NCBI GenBank assembly: GCA_951406725.2
Contig: OX597836.1
Location: 4,340,001 to 4,404,000, forward strand
Reading direction: 5' to 3'
DNA from: Octopus vulgaris
Taxonomy: Eukaryota
DNA length: 64,000 nucleotides
The translations under genes and the position numbers were made by a program. The notes under the pieces are model-generated. The model was given only the letters and a program-made list of their open reading frames with translations, was not told where the DNA came from and searched no databases. Shown piece by piece: positions 56,678-64,000 of the stretch (the first letter of the stretch is position 1; every line of letters begins with the position of its first letter).

Positions 56678-57530
56678 ACACACACGTGCACACATAACTA
56701 TATAAATGAAAAAATAGGCATTAACTACAGAACAACATACTAAACGCTCGTCAGTTGTCGACCGTTTTACTGCTCCCTGTATCGCGCTTATACATACATA
56801 CACACATTTTTTTTATCTCTTCGTCATGAGACGGCGCCAATGCTGGAGCATGACTCTGAAGATTTAATTCAACAAATCGACTGAAATGTTTACATTAATT
56901 CGGCAACCTAATCTATCAGTCTCCCATGTGAAGAAAAAACTAATTTCTAGGGACGTGAACAAACAAACCCCGGCACTCAAACGATGATGGGCGAAAAAAC
57001 ATCAGCACAAAGGCACACACATATACACATTTCTCCATATATATTGTTATATATGACATATAATATACAATATAATATATATTTCATATATCTTATTTAT
57101 TAAACATTTGGCCTTGGACGAAAATATTTTCATTATATTTACGAAGTATTATTTCTATTATGGCGGCTCTTATCTTAATTAAATCACTATCTGCAGCTGC
57201 TTCTCTACTTTAATTTCTGATATTATAAATATATGATATCTGAATTCACGACATTTCGCCTGTACACGAGACGATATATTTTCAGTTTATGTGAAATATC
57301 ACATTATACATTATGACTAATCTCCTCTCATAGCGCTGTTTCTACACTCTAGTGGGCGTATGTATATTTTAAAGGCATATGACCTTGCTAGAAGGTGATC
57401 ACAATGTACGAAGAGGAAATATATAGAATATAATATTTTATCTTATAATTCGTTCAGTCATTAGACTGCGGGGCCATGCAGTGGCATCACCTGGAAGGTT
57501 GTCTGTTTTTAACCTGGTAAGATTCTATTA

Positions 57531-57580
<50 letters not shown>

Positions 57581-57605
57581 GGACAAGAACACATTTTTGT
57601 ATTAC

Positions 57606-57665
<60 letters not shown>

Positions 57666-57667
<2 letters not shown>

Positions 57668-57925
57668 GATTGCGGTTTCGATTCCCAGACCGGGCGTTGT
57701 GAGTGCTTATTGAGCGAAAACACCTAAAAGCTCCACGAGGCCCGGCAGGGGGTGGTGATCCCTGCTGTACTCTTTCACCACTCCTTCTCCCACTCTTTCT
57801 TTTGTTGGCCTGTTCGCTTAGCCAGCGGGGTGGCGTCATTTGAAGGTGAAAACAATGAAAGCGCATTGTGACCAGCGATGTGTAACAACATCTGATGGTC
57901 TGGTCGGTCACGGTGATCACGTGGT

Positions 57926-57932
<7 letters not shown>
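57666..57932 (+). mobile_element. 5'-truncated family C SINE with an alternative tail
   Basis: Matches 1310-1445, then diverges (ttagccagcggggtggcgtc...ggtcacggtgatcacgtg). Confidence 0.85.
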
Positions 57933-57971
<39 letters not shown>

Positions 57972-57991
57972 GGGACAAGAACACATTTTTG

Positions 57992-58039
<48 letters not shown>

Positions 58040-58249
58040 CGGCGTACGTGCACTTTGTCCTCTTATAAATATATATATATATATTAATGAACCGATAAAT
58101 TACGGCAACGTAAACAAAGAAGCATCATTTGTACAGTAGAGATGGGGAATAAACGCAAATACTAACACTCACGTCCCACACCTACACCCACCCATACGTA
58201 CAAGGGGCTATCATGTATTGGGAGATTGAACATCAAACCGGTCTATCAT

Positions 58250-59105
58250 GGACCAATATCCGGATTACTACCTCCCACTTTGAAGGGTAAGCATTTGCAA
58301 TCCAAGAAAAGGAAATATCAACCTGAAGCAAAAAAGAAATATAGATGAAAAAAAAACGCAGTAAAATGTAACAACCGATGCTGATTTTGTGGAGTTAACA
58401 CCGAAGATACCAGCTGCATCATAAGCAGTTTTCTGAAAATGTATCTAGGTATTATCTACTGATGAGAGATGATGCTGTAGCTAGGACATTCTATATTGAA
58501 ATCTGTCGGAAGGATAACCACCAAGACAAAGAATTAGGAACCCACATTATGGTGGAATCCATAGTGAAAACCTCAGTAAGATGTAAGCGCAACATATTTG
58601 ATATAGTGATTTGGTATAGAGAAGAGAAACTGTGTAGAGTTGTGGGAATTAGTTGCCCAGCGGATGTTAAAATAAAGCTGAATATCAGTGAAAGAGAGGA
58701 CACCTATGCAGATATATCGTGAAATAAGCAGTTATTCTATCCAGACTACAAGGTCAGGTTTATGCACTTAATTATTGGGGCTCTCAGATATGTAATACAC
58801 TGCCTAAATACAAATTTTGAGAAATTAGGCTTCTCAAAATAAGAAAGGAGAAATCTAATTCGAAGACTAGAGATCCAATACATCCCTGGAACTGGAAAAA
58901 TCTGTGAAACTTTCCAGACATTTATCATTTGAATATATGAGATCGTGACTAAATATGCAGATATATGCATGAGATACACACATAAAGCAAAACATACAAA
59001 TCTGCATATAAACATAGACAAAGAATACCCCGATGTTGATGTTGAAATTCCGGTGAAGAAGACTTGAATCCATTGACAAGGAATTTTGAAACAAAACTTA
59101 ATAAA
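58250..59105 (+). mobile_element. Decayed 3' portion of an RLE-type non-LTR retrotransposon
   Basis: AFAIQEKEIS; C.FCGVNTED..CIISS; RDDAVARTFY; FDIVIWYREEKLCRVVGISCPAD; LIIGALRYV; GTGKICETF. These form a zinc knuckle plus PD-(D/E)xK-type motifs with stops and frameshifts. Confidence 0.8.
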
Positions 59106-59229
59106 GAATTTGATACATACATGCGTACACACACACACACATACATACGTATATACATACATACAATATATATATATATGTATGTGTGTATGTGTTTGTG
59201 TGTGTCTTTTTGTGTGCCTGTGAGCACAT

Positions 59230-59452
59230 CTTTCTGTCTGCGTTTGTCTCACTCCACAACATGGAGCCGGTGTTAGTGTGTTCACATCCACGTTAACATT
59301 GTAGCTGCGCAAAAGGTAACCAATACAATGAGTACCAATCTGTAAAAAACATACAAAAATGGGAGTACTGCATGTGAGTCATTCGACAAAAATTCTACAA
59401 GGCGGCTCTCCAGCTTGGCCGCGGTCTAAACAGCAAAACAAGTAAAAGATAA
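59230..59452 (+). mobile_element. Decayed 3' half of SINE family B
   Basis: ccggtgttagtgtgttcacatcc...aaggcggctctccagcttggccgcggtc...aaacaagtaaaaga. Confidence 0.7.
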
Positions 59453-60094
59453 ACTTTAAAACATGCACCATCTACATATTTATATCTATCTTAGAAGAAA
59501 ACTATTTTTCAAGAAAGGAAATTCTAGTTTTATTTCTTAATCCAAGAACGATAAAGACAATTATAGTACAACCTGAATAACAATTGTAATTGTATTGCAT
59601 TATATCTTGACTCTACCAGACAGTGCTTCTCCTTATCCAGGTTGAATGGAATTGTTTACCATTTTCCCATAGTTCTGCAAAGTAAATGTCATAAATGTCA
59701 TTCTGAATTATCCACAAGAGATGCAGCATTATCACAGGAGTACTGTTGCGTTTCTATTAAAAGGAGAAATATGTTTGTACATGCATACAAACATATACAT
59801 ACACACACACATACACACACACACACACAAACACACACACATATATATATATATATGTATATGTATATGTGTGTGTGTGTGTGTGTGTGTGCGTGTATAG
59901 ACATATGTGTGCGCTAGTTTGTACGTGTACATTTGTGTGCATGAATAAATATAGCGATATGGAGGTAACATCTATGCGTGCAATCACTATTCACATATAT
60001 GTATTCTTAAGTGCATTTATACACAAACACACACACACATATATATATGTATATATATATATATATGTATATATAAATACATATACATACATAT

Positions 60095-60184
<90 letters not shown>

Positions 60185-60716
60185 ATATGTATATTTATAT
60201 ATACATATATACATATATATTTACATGTACATGCATGTGTCATATATACGTATGTATATATAAACATATACGCATGTTTTCATATATGTATGTATGTGAG
60301 TGTGTGTGTGTGTGTGTGCGGTGTATGTAAGAGTGAGTGTATGTGTTTTTGTGTATCCTGTTAGAAATAGCATAATTTGGAATTGTAACTCAGGGCATCA
60401 CTACAAATATTCAAAATTGCACAATCAGCTGGAGTACCTCAGTGCTGTGAGGATACGACGCAAAAAAATTCGCAAATAAATGCCAATATAATTAAAGTTC
60501 ATTAGATACAGTTTTAATTAAATTGCCGACAATTGATTGAATTTGCTTCACCCGTTCACGATAGCCAATTGTCATTCACAGGAAACGTGGTAGTTATCTA
60601 TATTGTACTTGATGATCTCATTAGTTCGTTATTATATATATACATAAAACATACATACATACATATATACATCCGTACGTACATCCATACATACACACAC
60701 ACACACATACACACAA

Positions 60717-60751
<35 letters not shown>

Positions 60752-60755
60752 CATA

Positions 60756-61200
60756 TACGAGCAAAACACCCCCATCCAATGGACGGTGCTGAGTTGTCAA
60801 ACATTTAAACCAAATTTTCTCAAAACAATTTGTCCGACCGTCCCATAGGCTTTCTCTTTACGTTTGAAGAAAATATCGCTTTTGCATCTTACTTTTTGGG
60901 TCTCTTAAATATACTGCATTTTGTGTATTTATTTCAAGCCAACTGGCTTTTTTTGCGCAAACTGCTCGTGCATTTTGCTTGCGTACGCGTAGTGTCGATC
61001 GCAACAGTTGATGTACTTGCGCATACAAATGCACGTTCCCACGGTTTTATCGATCGCATTCTCACCTGGAACTGATTTTTGTAATTTTTTTCAGGACTTA
61101 TCCACGCCCTGATATCGTTGGTATCTACACATCAAATTTGAGCGCAATCGGATGGAGGATGCCCGAGATCCTAGAAGACACACAGACAGACAGACATATA
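60756..61200 (-). mobile_element. Probable non-autonomous Helitron-type element
   Basis: The caaatttgagcgcaatcggatg...gacacacagacagacagacatata end resembles the architecture of 53601-53962 and sits in TA repeats. The opposite end has a small hairpin (ccatcc/ggacgg). Confidence 0.5.
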
Positions 61201-62549
61201 TATATATATATACACTTACCGCTGTCAAATGAATGAAACAAGTAAATGAGTGAAAGAACATATAAACTACGGTGCATTTGTTCGAGTAAAACCTTCATGG
61301 TAGTGCCCCAGCATGGGCCCATTTGAATGACTGAAACAAGTAAGAATTAAATGGTTAGTGAAGAAGTCCATAGTTGTCGGGAGTTAGAGTTAGTTTTCCA
61401 ATGATCAGATTGTGGGTCCGATAGCGCTGCATTCCATCTTGAATAAGTATTCTTAAATTTAGCGTTGGTTTGTCGAAACACTTTTGAGTGAAATGAAGCA
61501 GACAGAATTTTGGAAGTTCGCGAAATGAAGTCCTCTAATATTTCAAAGTCTCAGCAAGTCTCATTGATTCTGTCTGCTGCATGCATACGTAAAGAGGCTC
61601 ACACCAATGGCTGCTAGTCCAAATATTTTGTAAGTGAATCAGAAAATATTTTCATTGGTTGAATACTTAAATCGCTCATCGTCGATTCATTTTACATATA
61701 AAGTTATTTGGATGGCGAGATAATGATTAGACTTAAGACTAAGTAAGAATATATAGTATTATTCTATGTCAAGAGGATTTCTTTAACTATTTTAGATTTC
61801 TCGCCTTATTGCATCAAGTGGTTCGTGTATTAAAATTAATTCACACACTAGGAAATTGTTGTTATTTCACGGTAATTGATTTCAGGTTAAAGCTCATGTC
61901 AAGCGAAATGCTTCTTATAGCTTTGAAATTTTAAGATGGATTTAAAGGTCTCTGAAATAACTATCTTCTGTATCTTAATGCAATTTAGAACATATTCCGC
62001 TCTGCTAAGTTCTGTTTTACTTTGATGTCGCCCTACACATTTTCCAAAATAACTCTCTCTATATCGGTCGCACAACATATTGAAAGATTCAAACTTCATA
62101 ATTACGCTTGATGAGGAATCGAACTTTAATTAAATTATTTCTTATAAAGTTACATTTATGAATTGGTAAGAACTGTTTTTAAAATAAATCTAATGAGAAA
62201 TGACAGTTCATTAATATAAATCGCAACCATATTCCCCAAACTGTCAAGACGTAGAAGATATCTTTGCGAGGGGTTCATCTTCTGATATGGAAACATTTAA
62301 CGGATCTGTTCTGCGTAATAACATAATGACGTATTAAAAATGTATATTTTGAAGGGGGAATAAATTATATACAAAATGCTTGAATACTAAATTATATAAA
62401 AATAGGATATGAAATATTTTTATGGTACAAATCTCAATGTAAATGAAACTTCGTTCTCTTCATGACAGGATTTGCATAACCTCTCCACCAGCATTTGCCT
62501 ATAAATCATCAATTGCATTTCTTTCCTTTTCGGTGTCATATCGAGAATG

Positions 62550-63310
62550 TGGGGCATAGGCGATCACATCCTGCCATATTTCACTGCACTTTGTTTTGCA
62601 TAACAGTTCCTCTTCCTAATATTTAATTTCTCTCCCTTCCAAGCGGTTTGTCAAGTTTGACATCCCTCATCATTATTCTCTTTTCAATGCGTGCTTTCCC
62701 GGTATTGCTAAATTCTCAAGACCCTCTTTCCTCATAAAATGATCAAGGAATTTCACGATGTAGTTTCCTATTTACTATATCCCTGATCATCACTTCCTGG
62801 GAGATTTTGTCTGTCCATATTATCCTCAATATTCTCCTTAAGAACCATATTTAACAGCTTTCGAAGCACCTTCTCATTCCTGGTATAATAGACTATGCCT
62901 CACTTCAATACATTAACACAAGTTTGAATATACAATTCTTTGTCTTCATGCTCTCAGAGTACGGTTCCTCAAGATTTTATACAATTTTCGGAATGCAGAT
63001 TTTGCTAGCACTATTCATGTTTTGATCTCCTTTACACATCTTGAGTCTTCCATAATCTAAGTTACAATGTAGTTGAAGAATGATTATTGCTTCATGGTTT
63101 GATTGTTCCCTTTCAGCATCCACATTGGGATTCCCTCATGTGCCACCACCGTGTACTCTCACTTCTTGCAATTTATGAAAAGACCCTTCCTCTCACTTAC
63201 TCTGACCACTACATCTAGAAGTCACAGATGTTGCTTTTCCGATTCTACAAGTAAGACTGCGCCATCAGTATATCTTATGATTGTAATATTTGTGAGCTGT
63301 AAGTGTATCA
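62550..63310 (-). mobile_element. Decayed RTE-like LINE (RT catalytic domain to C-terminus)
   Basis: Minus strand IRYTDGAVLLVESEKQ..LLDVVVRVSERKGLFINCKK ... EDSRCVKEIKT.IVLAKSAFRKL matches the RYADD / GLxINxxKT / EIKxRIxxAKxAF pattern. Confidence 0.85.
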
Positions 63311-64000
63311 AAAAGCATCGTTGATTCTATTGCCAGAAGAAACGTTAAAAGTACGAACGCATAAAACCTATTTTTTTTATGTATATAATTTCACCATCTT
63401 CAATATCTGCCAAATGATATGAGAGATGTTCTGAAGAATTTATTTATCGATTTTACATCTCACTTGCATGTAACAAAGAAATTAAACGCTACATACAGCG
63501 ACTGCATAATATTTAAAGAAAAGTGTATATACATTCAGAGACAGATAAAGACGGCTCTTCATTTTTCTTATTCACATACAAACATAATTTAGAAGAAGAT
63601 AATAAATATCAGCTATGATGAAATCGAATAGTTTTATGTGGAACATGCATTTGTCTAGATTAAATATTACCGAACTTGTGATTTCTGCCGGCAAAGTTTT
63701 GAATTTTATTATGAAATTTTCCTATTTTGAATAAAACATTACATTTAATGCAGACATTCCCATGTCTGTCAAGTAGAGAATTGTTCACTTTGTTAGATAC
63801 ATGCTCGCTACATTGTGGAGAAGAAAACAGTTTCGGGGAACAAGTATCGTAACTTTTACTAGATTCTTGTTAAATGTATTTTAAGGGCTTGTGTGATTAC
63901 GAGCAGCTATTTGCACGCTCCCCACCATCATAGACTTTGGTTTCGGGGCACATTCATGATTTGAACAACTAGATGGGGACCGAACTGCGCCCGCTCTTGG

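Overview
AT-rich, microsatellite-saturated eukaryotic DNA that looks intronic or intergenic. The SINE and LINE content suggests a coleoid cephalopod, probably Octopus (inferred, not verified). I cannot support any intact protein-coding gene; almost all ORF-track entries are translations of (TA)n, (CA)n, (ATT)n, (GAT)n or (GAA)n repeats. The window holds at least three tRNA-derived SINE families, decayed R4/Dong-like, other RLE-type and RTE-like LINE fragments, two Tc1/mariner remnants, several Helitron/Helentron pieces, and tandem repeats. The main points of interest are: (1) a ~295-bp element joining a Pol III tRNA-like head, an (AAT)n linker and a minimal type I hammerhead ribozyme (23611-23906, with an inverted derivative at 8607-9066); (2) six further minimal hammerhead-like motifs in Penelope-like fragments; (3) a SINE that repeatedly joins its own family at the same nucleotide; (4) a SINE-derived ~117-bp satellite; (5) one candidate 60-nt exon. 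Repeat boundaries were read by eye and are approximate.
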